From Pseudomonadota bacterium (lineage in GTDB: Bacteria; SZUA-182; DTGQ01), in contig DAOURK010000004.1 in assembly GCA_030625085.1 (NCBI GenBank), positions 9,121-73,120 of the forward strand: a stretch of 64,000 nt of DNA, in the 5' to 3' direction. The notes below the pieces were generated by a model. That model did not search any database. It worked only from the letters and a program-made list of their open reading frames with translations, and was not told the origin of the DNA. Below, in pieces: positions 30,795 to 41,296 of the stretch (within the stretch, counting starts at the first letter, position 1; each line of letters starts with the position of its first letter). Made by a program: the position numbers and the translations under genes.

Positions 30795-31508
30795 CTAGAA
30801 AGGCTTGCTCGATGGACCTATTTGCTCTGCATCTCCACTTATAATATCCACACCTTTAGGAGGCACAAAATGAAAAATTTTATTTTTTAAATCTCGGTTG
30901 ATCTGAATATTGATAAAATCAATATCATTTGTATTACCATAGGGATCAACTACCAGCATCCCCAAGACTTGGAATGTTTTGGCTGCCAATTTTATCTGCA
31001 TCCGCTTAATATTGACAGACTCTTGCCGAGGGGTTAAATTCAAATACAGGACATCTCCCATCTCATCTGCTTTTACTTCTTTAGGCAGGGTAATGATAAA
31101 ACTTTTTTGTAAATCACCCATACCGGCCAAAAAAGAAAGGGGGGTCGCATCTTGTAAAACACTTTCGGCTTTCTTTTTTACCACCTGGGCATCCTCAGGT
31201 ACATACCACCAAAAATTTTTTTGATCAATAATATAAATCTGTATTTCCGGAGATTCATATTCCCATTTAATGAGATGAGGCTTTTTAAAATAAATTTTAC
31301 CCCTTGCCTCTGACGTATTTTTCAAGGTTTGGCTAAAGGTTTTTTGCTGAAAATCGGCTTGAAAATCCAACAAGTTATCATACCAGCCCTGAACATTACG
31401 CACAATCGAATCTACCTTTACCTCTTGGGCCCACCCGAAATTAGCCGTAAGCGCAAACTGCAAAGCACAGATAATTGAAACAAGTTTACAAATTAATTTA
31501 CCGTTCAT
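30795..31508 (-). CDS. lolA: Outer-membrane lipoprotein carrier LolA-like protein
   Basis: Signal peptide, ADFQQ, GKIYFKKP, WEY, FHFVPPKGVDI; follows ftsK. Start probably ATG 31508. Confidence 0.83.
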   Translation of the reverse strand: MNGKLICKLVSIICALQFALTANFGWAQEVKVDSIVRNVQGWYDNLLDFQADFQQKTFSQTLKNTSEARGKIYFKKPHLIKWEYESPEIQIYIIDQKNFWWYVPEDAQVVKKKAESVLQDATPLSFLAGMGDLQKSFIITLPKEVKADEMGDVLYLNLTPRQESVNIKRMQIKLAAKTFQVLGMLVVDPYGNTNDIDFINIQINRDLKNKIFHFVPPKGVDIISGDAEQIGPSSKPF

Positions 31509-33678
31509 AATCCGAACCAACCAGCACCTCCCTGGGCTTGCTTCCTTGGGGTTTACTCACCACTCCTTCTCGCTCCATAATTTCAACCATTCTTGCCGCC
31601 CTGTTATAGCCAATCCGGAGCCGTCTCTGAACCATGGAGATCGAAGCCTGCCTCGTTCTCAATACCAAATCAACCGCCTTATCATATAAATCGTCATATT
31701 CTTCATCTGACGAACCATTTTCTGATTTTACCTCATCAGCAGTACAGGTCAGGATAGCTTCATTATATTGTGCCTTCCCCTGATTTAATAAATACTTAAC
31801 CAATCGATTAATCTCAACTTCATTGATAAAAGAACCATGCAGCCTAATTAATTCAGAACTGTTAGGCGGTAAAAACAACATATCACCTTGCCCCAGTAGC
31901 CTTTCTGCGCCATTAGCGTCGAGAATCGTCCTTGAATCAATTTTTGAAGATACCCGAAATGAAATCCGACAAGAAAAATTAGCTTTAATTAAGCCTGTAA
32001 CAACATCTACCGAAGGGCGTTGAGTGGCAATAATAAGATGAATACCCACGGCCCTGGCCATCTGAGCTAACCGGATCAACAAAGTTTCCACCTCTCTGCC
32101 TGACATAATCATCAAGTCGGCAAATTCATCAATTACAATGACAATATAGGGCAAGGGACTATGGACTGTTTCTTCAGGTAAGGCTTCCGAAACCGCTCTT
32201 TTCGTTCCCTCCGAGCGAATTAATTGATTGTATTGATCAATATTCCGAACCCCCTTTTCAGCCAAAGCTCGATAGCGGTTTCCCATCTCCTGAGTAGCCC
32301 ATCGCAGGGCATTGGCTGCCTCCTTTGGCTCCACCACTACCGGTGCCAAAAGATGGGGAATATTATTATAAATTCCCAATTCCAGCATTTTGGGGTCAAT
32401 CATAATAAATTTTACTTCTTCAGCCGAGGAATTAAACAAAATACTGCAGATAATAGTATTTACAGAAACACTTTTTCCTGATCCAGTAGTCCCGGCTAAT
32501 AATAAATGAGGCATTTTGGCCAGATCAGTAATATAAGGGGTTCCGGCAATATCCTTGCCCAGGGCCAAAGTGAGTTTAGAGGATGAGGCACTGAATTGCT
32601 CCGATTCTAAAATCTGGCGCAAATATACTTTCTCCCGATGCTGATTTGGGATCTCCAGTCCCACCACGCTTTTACCGGGTACTGGCGCTACTATACGAAC
32701 AGATAAAGCCTTCATAGCCAAAGCCAGATCATCCGAAAGGTTTGAAATTTTAGAAATTTTAATCCCTGTGCCCGGTTCAAATTCGTATCTGGTAACAACC
32801 GGTCCCGGAAGTTCATTAACAACATTTCCCTGCACCCCAAAATCCAGCAGCTTTTTCTTAAGTTTTCCTGAACTTTCCTTGATCCATTGCTTATTTTCAG
32901 CGGAGCCCACCCTTTCCGGCTCTTCCAATAACCATAAGGGTGGGGGCCCGTCAGCGACCGCCAAAATTTGCTCGAATTTTTCCCCCTCGGCCAATTGAGC
33001 CCTTTTGCCTTTTCTTTTTCTTTTAGGGGATGCTTTAGATGAAATATCAGCCCCTTTGAGACTCTCTTTCTTTCTCCAGGAAGCAACACCCAATTTTCGA
33101 TTTATCCTCCAATCTTGTAAAAAGGTAACCATATGGCTTATTTTCTCTTTTATTGAAAAAAGAAAATCATAAATGGAAATTTGTGTCAAAAGCATCAGTG
33201 AAACCAAAAGAGCGGTAAGGAGTATAATCCAGGTGCCGAGAACATTAAAATAGGAAACCAAGCGAGAATAATCAATGACCCCCTTGCCTATTGATCCCCC
33301 ATAATAAAAATCAGAAAATACTTTCCGGTCATAAGCACTGAGCGACAGCAAACCACACACAGAAATAATTAATAAAAAAATTCCCAACAGTTGGGAAACG
33401 GAATATTTCCATTCCCGCAATTTCAATTGACTCCACCCCATTAATACCAAAGCCAAGGGGAGAAAAAAGGCCATTCCCCCAAAAAAGGTAAGGGTGAAAC
33501 TAGCTGAATAAGCGCCGAAACGGCCAATTAAATTATGGACTACTCGGGTTTCCACCGCATGATTAAAAGAAGGATCATCTGGATGGTAAGAGATAAGACT
33601 TAATAAGAAAAAAAGGGCCAGGGCCAAAAAAACCACCCCGAGAATTTCTCGAACTAATCGATGTTTTAAAATACTCAT
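31498..33678 (-). CDS. ftsK: DNA translocase FtsK
   Basis: N-terminal TM domain, GPVVTRYE, HLLLAGTTGSGKS, IDEFADLM, ATQRPS, gamma domain QRRLRIGYNRAAR. Confidence 0.96.
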   Translation of the reverse strand: MSILKHRLVREILGVVFLALALFFLLSLISYHPDDPSFNHAVETRVVHNLIGRFGAYSASFTLTFFGGMAFFLPLALVLMGWSQLKLREWKYSVSQLLGIFLLIISVCGLLSLSAYDRKVFSDFYYGGSIGKGVIDYSRLVSYFNVLGTWIILLTALLVSLMLLTQISIYDFLFSIKEKISHMVTFLQDWRINRKLGVASWRKKESLKGADISSKASPKRKRKGKRAQLAEGEKFEQILAVADGPPPLWLLEEPERVGSAENKQWIKESSGKLKKKLLDFGVQGNVVNELPGPVVTRYEFEPGTGIKISKISNLSDDLALAMKALSVRIVAPVPGKSVVGLEIPNQHREKVYLRQILESEQFSASSSKLTLALGKDIAGTPYITDLAKMPHLLLAGTTGSGKSVSVNTIICSILFNSSAEEVKFIMIDPKMLELGIYNNIPHLLAPVVVEPKEAANALRWATQEMGNRYRALAEKGVRNIDQYNQLIRSEGTKRAVSEALPEETVHSPLPYIVIVIDEFADLMIMSGREVETLLIRLAQMARAVGIHLIIATQRPSVDVVTGLIKANFSCRISFRVSSKIDSRTILDANGAERLLGQGDMLFLPPNSSELIRLHGSFINEVEINRLVKYLLNQGKAQYNEAILTCTADEVKSENGSSDEEYDDLYDKAVDLVLRTRQASISMVQRRLRIGYNRAARMVEIMEREGVVSKPQGSKPREVLVGSDYER

Positions 33679-34007
33679 CTTGGCAACTCTTCACCAAATA
33701 ATTGATTATATTGTTTCAAGTATATATTTTTCTCCACCCCTTGTAAAGTTTAAAGTTTTTAGATAAAAAGCCCTTGAAAACAAATAAAAAATATAATAGT
33801 ATTATATTTTTTATTATCATCTAATTTATTAATTTTTACCACAAAAAAATATAAACGTAGGCTATTGATACGTAATAAAATATACCTTTAGTTATTCCTT
33901 TCCCTTAACCCTTCCCCATCGTCGGGGCAGGAATTCATAAGGGATGAGCTGGGGGAAAAAATTTTAAAAAAATAACTGTGTTTTAGAGTAGGTGGGAGTA
34001 CTAAGCG

Positions 34008-37000
34008 ATGCGAGATGTTCATAACAGCAAAAAAGAAAATTTTTGCCTTGGCATTGATATTGGTTCAATAAGTGCTGATTTTGCTCTAATCGGGGAAAAT
34101 CAAAACATTATCAAAACCTCTTATCATCGCATTAAAGGACAACCTATCCATAAAACCCTCGAGGTGCTGCAGGATGAATTTTCAGATTATCTGCAGACAG
34201 ATTCCATCTGTTTATCGTTTACCGGGACCGGAGGTCAAATACTCAGTAATGTCCTTTCATGTTCCTTTATTAATGAAATTATTGCACAAATGAGAGCAGT
34301 TACTCTTCTTTATCCTAAGGCTAAAACCATCATTGAAATCGGTGGAGAGGATTCCAAGCTGATCCTTTTGGATCATGAGGCCTCCTCAAGCCAAGCTGTC
34401 TTGAAAGACTTTGCTATGAATATGATGTGTGCAGCGGGCACCGGTTCATTTTTAGACCAGCAAGCCTCACGTCTTGGGGTATCAATTGAAGATGAATTTA
34501 GCGAATTAGCCCTAAAATCAAAAACCCCCGCTCGTCTGGCTGGACGATGCAGCGTTTTTGCCAAATCCGATATGATACACCTCCAACAAGAAGCAACACC
34601 GGATTGTGACATTATTGCCGGACTCTGTCAGGCTATGGTTCGAAATTTTAAAGGAACCATCGGCAAGGGTAAACAGTTTCAAAAACCCATTGTTTTTCAA
34701 GGCGGAGTAGCTGCTAACCGAGGCATGGTGAAAGCTATGGAGACTGTGTTGGGCCTAGGGCCTGGGGAATTGATCATACCCAAATACTATAATTGTATGG
34801 GGGCCATCGGGGCGGCCTTCATTGTTTTAGAAAAACCGAACTTTATTAAGGGGAATAAAGTCGTAGAAACAATCAAAGAATATCTGGGTCAAAACCATCA
34901 TAAATCCTCGCCGTTGCCGGCATTACACTGCTTTTATCATCAGCAGTCCAAGGCTCAAAAAAATAATATACCCGAAAAAACAATCAAGTTTAAGCAAAAG
35001 ACAGATGTGAGGCAAGCTTTTTTAGGGATCGATGTAGGATCGATCAGCACAAATGTAGTTGTCATTGACACTCAAAAAAAGGTGTTGTCCAAAAGATATC
35101 TGATGACTGCCGGTCGTCCAATAGAAGCAGTTCGTAAGGGATTAGAGGAAGTTGGACAAGAGGTTAAAGATCTGGTTCATATCTGCGGCGTAGGGACGAC
35201 AGGCTCCGGTAGATATCTCATTGGTGATTTTGTGGGTGCGGACATCATTAAAAACGAAATCACCGCACAGGCAAAAGCTGCCTTCCTTATTGATCCTCAG
35301 GTTGATACCATCTTTGAAATCGGTGGGCAGGATTCAAAATATATCAGCCTGGATCAGGGTGCTGTGGTGGATTTTGAAATGAATAAGGTTTGTGCGGCCG
35401 GGACAGGCTCCTTTTTGGAGGAGCAAGCCGAAAAATTAGAAATAAACATAAAAAAAGAATTTGAAACCATGGCCTTATCCTCCCCTTGCCCGGTGAAACT
35501 GGGAGAGCGCTGCACCGTCTTTATGGAGTCCGACCTGGTGCATCATCAACAAAAGGGTGCTGCCAAAGGTGATCTGGTTGCCGGGCTGAGTTATTCTATC
35601 GTCAATAATTACCTGAATCGTGTCGTAGCCGGCCGAAAAATCGGCCGACATATTTTTTTTCAAGGCGGAGTGGCCTTTAACAAAAGTGTGGTAGCAGCCT
35701 TTCAACAGGTCTTAGAAAAACAAATTATTGTCCCCGACCACCATGAGGTTACCGGGGCCATTGGAGCAGCCCTTATAGCCCAGGAGGAACAAAATTGGAC
35801 TCAAAGTAAATTTAAAGGCTTTGATCTGAGCAAGCGCCACTATAGCGTTGAAAGTTTTGAATGCCAGGGGTGTGCTAATCATTGCCAAATTAAAAAAGTC
35901 ACTCTCGATCTGGATCGCCCTTTATTCTATGGAAGCAGGTGCGATAAATATGATGAAAAAAAGGGAGGGAAGTCCCAACAACGACATCCGGACCTTTTTG
36001 CTTTTCGGGCTCAAGAACTTTATAAATCCTATTTCCCCGCCCAACCGACGCCTTTCCCCCACAAAAAAAAAGTTGGGATTCCTCTTTGTCTCTTTTTTCA
36101 TGAATTACTTCCCTTCTGGCGCACTTTTTTTGAAGCTTTGGGCTTGGAAGTGGTCCTTTCCCAGCCTACCAATAAAGAAATCATTACTCAGGGAGTGCAA
36201 ACAACGGTAGCAGACACATGTTTTCCCATCAAAGTCACCCATGGACATGTACTTAACCTTTTGCAAAAAGGGATTGATTATATATTTTTACCAAGTATCA
36301 TTAACATGCCTCCGGACCACAGCGACATGAATGACAGCTTTAATTGCCCCTATGTTCAAACCATTCCCTATACTGTTTGTGCAGCCATTGATATTGAAAA
36401 ACAAGGGGTTGAGCTCCTTAAACCGGTTATATTTTTTCAAAAAAAAGATAACTGCCTGCCAAAAGGCTTGATTGACTTGGGCCAAGACCTTGAAAAATCA
36501 AAGGCTAAGGTAACCAAGGCCTTTAATTTAGCTCAAAGGGCGCAAAACTTTTTTTACACTACTCTTCAAAAAAAGGGGGAGGAGATCATAAAAAGGCTGC
36601 CCAAGGATGAAAAAACAATCGTTTTGATTAGTCGTCCATATAATGGTTTTGATTATGGCCTTAATTTGGAAATTCCCAAGATTCTTCAAGATATGGGATT
36701 TCTTATTATTCCTATGGACTTTTTAGCTCTTCAGCAAAATCCTATTGCCGATGAATGGCCCAACATGTACTGGCGATACGGTCAGCGTATTTTGAGCGCC
36801 GCCAATATTATTCGCACTATGCCCAACTGTCATGCCGTTTATATTACCAATTTTAGCTGTGGTCCTGATTCTTTTATTACCCAATTCTTTCAAAACATAA
36901 TGAAAGAAAGACCCTATCTGCAAATTGAAATTGACGAACACAGCGCCGGGGCCGGAATTATAACGCGTTGTGAGGCTTTTGTGGATAGTCTCAAAATGCA

Positions 37001-38369
37001 ATCCGAAGCAAAGAGACCTATTAAGTCACAGGTCTTAAATCATCCGGCACAGGCCCCCTTTCAAGAAAAGCCAAAAGACAGCCAATTAAACAATAAATGC
37101 CTCCCCTCGAGAAAAATTACTCAGTCAAGCGGACCCTTTGGTCAACCCTTAACCGCCAAATCAAATCAAAGGACCCTTTACATTCCCCATATGTCCGAGC
37201 ATGCTCATGCTATTTGTTCCGCTTTTAGATCTCAAGGGATATCGGCCGAGGTAATGCCTGAACCTGATGAGGAAACCATTTATTATGGAAGGATGTATAC
37301 CTCGGGCAAGGAGTGTTATCCTTGTCTCATTACCACCGGGGACATGATTAAAATCGTTCAATCATCTGACTTTACCCCGACGAAATATGCCTTTTTTATG
37401 CCATCCGGTGATGGCCCCTGTCGATTCGGCCAATATTACCGATTTCAAAGGATGGTACTTGATCAGTTAGGGTTTCAACAGGTACCTATATATGCTCCCA
37501 ACCAAGGGGAGTCCTTTTATAATGAACTTGGGATTATCAGTAAAAAATTTTCCCGTCTGGCCTGGCAGGGGATAGTGGTTATTGATTATCTTGAAAAATG
37601 GCTGTTGAGCCATCGCCCCTATGAAAAAATACCTGGCGAAGCTGATAAAATTTATCAAAAATGCCTATCGCTTTTATGCCACCATATGGAAACGAAAAAT
37701 TCTGTTTTCCCGGTTTTGAAAAAAATCTATCAGCCCCTAGCCTCCCTTCGTCTCAAACAAAAGACCAACCGGCCCATTATTGGTATTGTTGGAGAAATCT
37801 TCATCCGATCTAATCGCTTCAGCAACAATGACTTAATTCGAGAAATGGAACATCTTGGAGCGGAAATTCGGCTAGCGCCAGTGAGCGAGTGGTTTCATTA
37901 TATTAATTATACGGCTAAGGAGCGCAGCTTCAAGAATAAAAATTTTAAAAATTTGTTATCTACCACTATCAATGATTTTGTCCAAAAAAAAGACGAAGAA
38001 AAAATATACCGACAGCTTTGTGCCCTGATGCCCAATGGCCGGGAGCCTTCCACCAAAAAACTTCTCAAGCACAGCCGGCCCTATCTACATTCATCCTTTG
38101 AGGGAGAAGCCATCCTGACCATCGGCAAATCCATTGATTTGGTGAAAAAAAATATTTCCGGAATAATCAATGTCATGCCCTTTACGTGTATGCCGGGAAA
38201 CATCAGCACCGGCATTTTAAAAAAGGTGCGAGATGATTATAAAAATTTCCCCTTCTTAAATCTGGCTTACGACGGCTTGGAGGATACAACGATTAAGACC
38301 CGTCTGGAGGCTTTTGTCCATCAAACCCGCCAATTTAAAAACCCATTTAAAAGGCCGTCGGCTCCTTAA
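34008..38369 (+). CDS. Multidomain CoA-substrate-specific enzyme activase (two ASKHA activase modules plus dehydratase-related C-terminal domains)
   Basis: Two GIDxGS / EIGG(E/Q)DSK / CAAGTGSFL / RCxVF sets; later TCFPIK, FSCGPDS, EIDEH, ECYP, GPCRFG, PFTCMP motifs. Confidence 0.88.
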   Translation: MRDVHNSKKENFCLGIDIGSISADFALIGENQNIIKTSYHRIKGQPIHKTLEVLQDEFSDYLQTDSICLSFTGTGGQILSNVLSCSFINEIIAQMRAVTLLYPKAKTIIEIGGEDSKLILLDHEASSSQAVLKDFAMNMMCAAGTGSFLDQQASRLGVSIEDEFSELALKSKTPARLAGRCSVFAKSDMIHLQQEATPDCDIIAGLCQAMVRNFKGTIGKGKQFQKPIVFQGGVAANRGMVKAMETVLGLGPGELIIPKYYNCMGAIGAAFIVLEKPNFIKGNKVVETIKEYLGQNHHKSSPLPALHCFYHQQSKAQKNNIPEKTIKFKQKTDVRQAFLGIDVGSISTNVVVIDTQKKVLSKRYLMTAGRPIEAVRKGLEEVGQEVKDLVHICGVGTTGSGRYLIGDFVGADIIKNEITAQAKAAFLIDPQVDTIFEIGGQDSKYISLDQGAVVDFEMNKVCAAGTGSFLEEQAEKLEINIKKEFETMALSSPCPVKLGERCTVFMESDLVHHQQKGAAKGDLVAGLSYSIVNNYLNRVVAGRKIGRHIFFQGGVAFNKSVVAAFQQVLEKQIIVPDHHEVTGAIGAALIAQEEQNWTQSKFKGFDLSKRHYSVESFECQGCANHCQIKKVTLDLDRPLFYGSRCDKYDEKKGGKSQQRHPDLFAFRAQELYKSYFPAQPTPFPHKKKVGIPLCLFFHELLPFWRTFFEALGLEVVLSQPTNKEIITQGVQTTVADTCFPIKVTHGHVLNLLQKGIDYIFLPSIINMPPDHSDMNDSFNCPYVQTIPYTVCAAIDIEKQGVELLKPVIFFQKKDNCLPKGLIDLGQDLEKSKAKVTKAFNLAQRAQNFFYTTLQKKGEEIIKRLPKDEKTIVLISRPYNGFDYGLNLEIPKILQDMGFLIIPMDFLALQQNPIADEWPNMYWRYGQRILSAANIIRTMPNCHAVYITNFSCGPDSFITQFFQNIMKERPYLQIEIDEHSAGAGIITRCEAFVDSLKMQSEAKRPIKSQVLNHPAQAPFQEKPKDSQLNNKCLPSRKITQSSGPFGQPLTAKSNQRTLYIPHMSEHAHAICSAFRSQGISAEVMPEPDEETIYYGRMYTSGKECYPCLITTGDMIKIVQSSDFTPTKYAFFMPSGDGPCRFGQYYRFQRMVLDQLGFQQVPIYAPNQGESFYNELGIISKKFSRLAWQGIVVIDYLEKWLLSHRPYEKIPGEADKIYQKCLSLLCHHMETKNSVFPVLKKIYQPLASLRLKQKTNRPIIGIVGEIFIRSNRFSNNDLIREMEHLGAEIRLAPVSEWFHYINYTAKERSFKNKNFKNLLSTTINDFVQKKDEEKIYRQLCALMPNGREPSTKKLLKHSRPYLHSSFEGEAILTIGKSIDLVKKNISGIINVMPFTCMPGNISTGILKKVRDDYKNFPFLNLAYDGLEDTTIKTRLEAFVHQTRQFKNPFKRPSAP

Positions 38370-38456
38370 TTAAAGCCCTTAAAAATCCTCCATTTCTATT
38401 GTTATGATTGGATTGTTATGCTATTTTTAGCCGCCCTTTATTTAATCCCCTTCTCT

Positions 38457-38599
38457 GTAACAATTCAGCCCTATAAACCAGATTTAAAAATCAGAAATTA
38501 TATTTTAAACCCACAAAGGCACAAAGAACATAAAAATAAGTCTTTGGTTATGTGTTTGTGGTTTTAATATTTTAATATGTGGGGGCTCTGAATTATTAC
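38457..38599. repeat. MITE-like element with inner imperfect palindrome (family D)
   Basis: Ends GTAACAATTCAG...CTGAATTATTAC, flanks TTCTCT/CTCTCT; inner CCACAAAGGCACAAAG...TGTGTTTGTGG resembles 56951-57057. Confidence 0.5.
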
Positions 38600-38654
38600 C
38601 TCTCTATAGTAGGTTATGTACCTTGTGAGGGATGATTCACCAAATGATGAGGCA

Positions 38655-38695
38655 AACAAAAAAAAGGCGGGTAACAAAAATTGTTACCCGCCTTT
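38655..38695 (-). terminator. Strong intrinsic terminator of the 735-aa gene
   Basis: Perfect 15-bp stem AAAGGCGGGTAACAA / TTGTTACCCGCCTTT followed by a T-tract on the minus strand. Confidence 0.88.
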
Positions 38696-38743
38696 GGCCA
38701 GACTATTTAAACATTACTTAATCATCAAAATGAACAGCCTGGA

Positions 38744-40951
38744 TTACATCGACCACCATGGACGTACGTGAATTACGAACTCAGTGGTTGCAGCGCCGCC
38801 TCGAATATCATAAGCGGTAATTTGAACCAGATAATATCCAGGGAACTGAGTCTGGAAAGTATAGATGCCATTGTTTCCAACAGAACCTACATTACATGAC
38901 CAGTACATCTTGTCTCCATCAGGATCTTGGAAGTTCATTTCATTGGCAATAAACATTTCTCCGGCCCTGATTGTTTGAGGAGAATCAAGATCTCCCAGGA
39001 CAATAGGCGGATGGTTAAACCACGTTCCCCGATTTACGCAGAAGATGGTAATTTGGCAAACAGCATTCATACCGCGAGGATCAGTTACAGTTACAATACA
39101 ATCAAGAGCACCTTCAAATTGAGGCACAAAGGATATCACACCAGTAGTCGGTCCTATAATTTGATTCATCCAAGGACCAACCTGATAGTTAGGCAAACCG
39201 TTCAAGGTAGCGTGGTAGGTCAAACCAGCCATATCCTGTATATCAGGATCAAGGGCCAAAATTCGATAACCATTACCCTCTGATACATAAAAAATCTGAT
39301 CATCAACATCATTGATTATTGGAGGATAATTGGTCACCGGATAATTAACTACTGAAATCGGAAATGTTTCCTTGTCTGTAACTATGCCATCGCTAACTCT
39401 TGCGGTAACGATCATATCTTCAATCACCTGTCCAAGATGAGGAACTATTCTCACTGCCTGCGGTAATGTCGTATGCTCGGAATCGGCATTAGCTAATGCA
39501 ATGGCTAAGCCATACATTGGGTTGGTCTCATCCATTACGTATGGGTTGCCGTCTTGATCTTCAACTGTATTAGCATCTGTTTGTATCTTATTGACAATCA
39601 TTACGCCGTCTTCCTGAATCAAATATGGAGGCCACGTCTTCATCTGCGCGTCAGTAGGGTTACTAGAAATATCAGCATACTCAATAAAACCATCAGTAAT
39701 TTGAGGGCCAAGGGTATCACCCATAGTCAACGTCCAGGTAAGATCAGCGGTAATCGCTTTATCAGGATCAATATCACAATTATCATTCGCATCAAGTTCA
39801 TAAGCTTTAAAGGCAGAGGTATTCCCCAAATCAGAAAATCCGTCGACCGATCCGTCACTATTAATTGTATATGGGTCTTTCGGAAAATCCGGGTCAAAAA
39901 TATTAGGGAAAATCAGATCGCCATCTTTATTATATTCGGCAGTCACTCCAAGATCGCCATCTTCGGCCAGCAGCCATCTGCCTGCAGGGTTGTAACCCTG
40001 CTGTCCATATAACTGGCAGTATACAGGCCCAACATGGAAAAGATGTGGCGCAGCATTTCCAGCTATGGAAGCCTCCGGCCTGGTGAACATAATGTTGTCT
40101 AATCTGTATTGATTTCCTCTTACCGTAATCATAGCAATCTTCTCAAGAACAGCGCTATCGTCATCATCGTCGGGGTCACCACGATCATATTGGGCTACGA
40201 TTTCAGCGAGATCTTCCATTACCAGATGCCAGGTTCCGTCCTGAAACATTCGTCCCAAGGCCACCATGATAACATCCCCCTCTTCAAGCCCTTCTCCATC
40301 GTCCAATGCATCGTCTGTCATTGCATTCAAAATACCATAATAACCCTGTGGGCCTTCAATAGGCCTGAAAACAATACTTACTTCCTGGCCTGTATCACCA
40401 CTATTTCCCGCTTGAGCCTCAACACTCACAATTATCTCAAAAGTATCGAACTGCTCTATAGCCAGAGGCGCTCTTACCTCAAGGCTCATTCCACTAAATG
40501 CTGCATCAATGATATTCCCATCATTGAATACACATGCTTTATAAATCGTAAAAACATCATATCCTGTGTTCAGAAGAAACACTGACATGGGCCGATAAAC
40601 ATCCAAGACCCTGCTTCCTTGCTCAAAGTCCAAAACGTTGTTCACTTGCCCGTAACCTAGACCGGCACCCCATACAGGGTAAGCAGGCTCAATAACGCTC
40701 CATCCCATATTTCTGGGGTTGTTCCAATATTCGAAGTTATCTACCAATGCCGTGGTAACATCCTCGCGGCCGTCATTATCCACATCCACGACTTCGCCTG
40801 TACCGTCAATACCAGCGGCATAGCCTTTTTGCAGCGGAATTTGCGTTGTCATAACCTGAGCCATAACATTACCGGCCACAAACACAGCCGCTACGGCTAT
40901 AACCAAACTCATCATCAAAGCTTTCAAAAACCCTTTTTTATTCATAATCAT
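38744..40951 (-). CDS. Secreted acidic protein of unknown family with C-terminal cadherin/Ig-like repeats (candidate major surface protein)
   Basis: Sec signal peptide ending VMA-Q; Asp-rich; DVDNDGRED and DPDGD motifs; repeats NYPPII...ALDPD and NHPPIV...FQDPD; AAGGAG RBS (true start may be ATG 40945). Confidence 0.8.
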   Translation of the reverse strand: MIMNKKGFLKALMMSLVIAVAAVFVAGNVMAQVMTTQIPLQKGYAAGIDGTGEVVDVDNDGREDVTTALVDNFEYWNNPRNMGWSVIEPAYPVWGAGLGYGQVNNVLDFEQGSRVLDVYRPMSVFLLNTGYDVFTIYKACVFNDGNIIDAAFSGMSLEVRAPLAIEQFDTFEIIVSVEAQAGNSGDTGQEVSIVFRPIEGPQGYYGILNAMTDDALDDGEGLEEGDVIMVALGRMFQDGTWHLVMEDLAEIVAQYDRGDPDDDDDSAVLEKIAMITVRGNQYRLDNIMFTRPEASIAGNAAPHLFHVGPVYCQLYGQQGYNPAGRWLLAEDGDLGVTAEYNKDGDLIFPNIFDPDFPKDPYTINSDGSVDGFSDLGNTSAFKAYELDANDNCDIDPDKAITADLTWTLTMGDTLGPQITDGFIEYADISSNPTDAQMKTWPPYLIQEDGVMIVNKIQTDANTVEDQDGNPYVMDETNPMYGLAIALANADSEHTTLPQAVRIVPHLGQVIEDMIVTARVSDGIVTDKETFPISVVNYPVTNYPPIINDVDDQIFYVSEGNGYRILALDPDIQDMAGLTYHATLNGLPNYQVGPWMNQIIGPTTGVISFVPQFEGALDCIVTVTDPRGMNAVCQITIFCVNRGTWFNHPPIVLGDLDSPQTIRAGEMFIANEMNFQDPDGDKMYWSCNVGSVGNNGIYTFQTQFPGYYLVQITAYDIRGGAATTEFVIHVRPWWSM

Positions 40952-41280
40952 AACTCCTTATTATACTCCTTCCAAAAATTCTCTTTCAGCCAACTTTCTT
41001 TTAGCTTAAAACCTTCTCAGTCTAAATACGAAAAACTTCTTATTTCAGCTAAATATTTTTACTTATTATCCACCCCCTTTTCTCTCTTTTTTTTACTGAT
41101 CATGTTTGATCACCTCCTATTAAATATATATTTTTAAAATGTTGATCACTCCAATACATTAAAAGCTAACATTCTTTTATCTTTAGGTCTTGTTCGCCTA
41201 CTTTTACCTCATGTTTTTTATTATTGTTATTGTTCATCATAAACTCTCTCTTCAACATATGTGTATGTGGCTAATTGATA

Positions 41281-41296
41281 TGCAACATCTGTGCCA
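41281..41296 (-). promoter_or_regulatory. Sigma54 -24/-12 promoter
   Basis: Minus strand TGGCACAGATGTTGCA is an exact TGGCAC-N5-TTGCA match, pointing at the 735-aa gene. Confidence 0.85.

Noticed and set aside
33895-33960. GC-rich hairpin-like stretch upstream of the activase gene (possible riboswitch)
   Set aside because: Pairing is poor, no known aptamer motif is visible, and there is no second copy in the window; it may be a decayed repeat.
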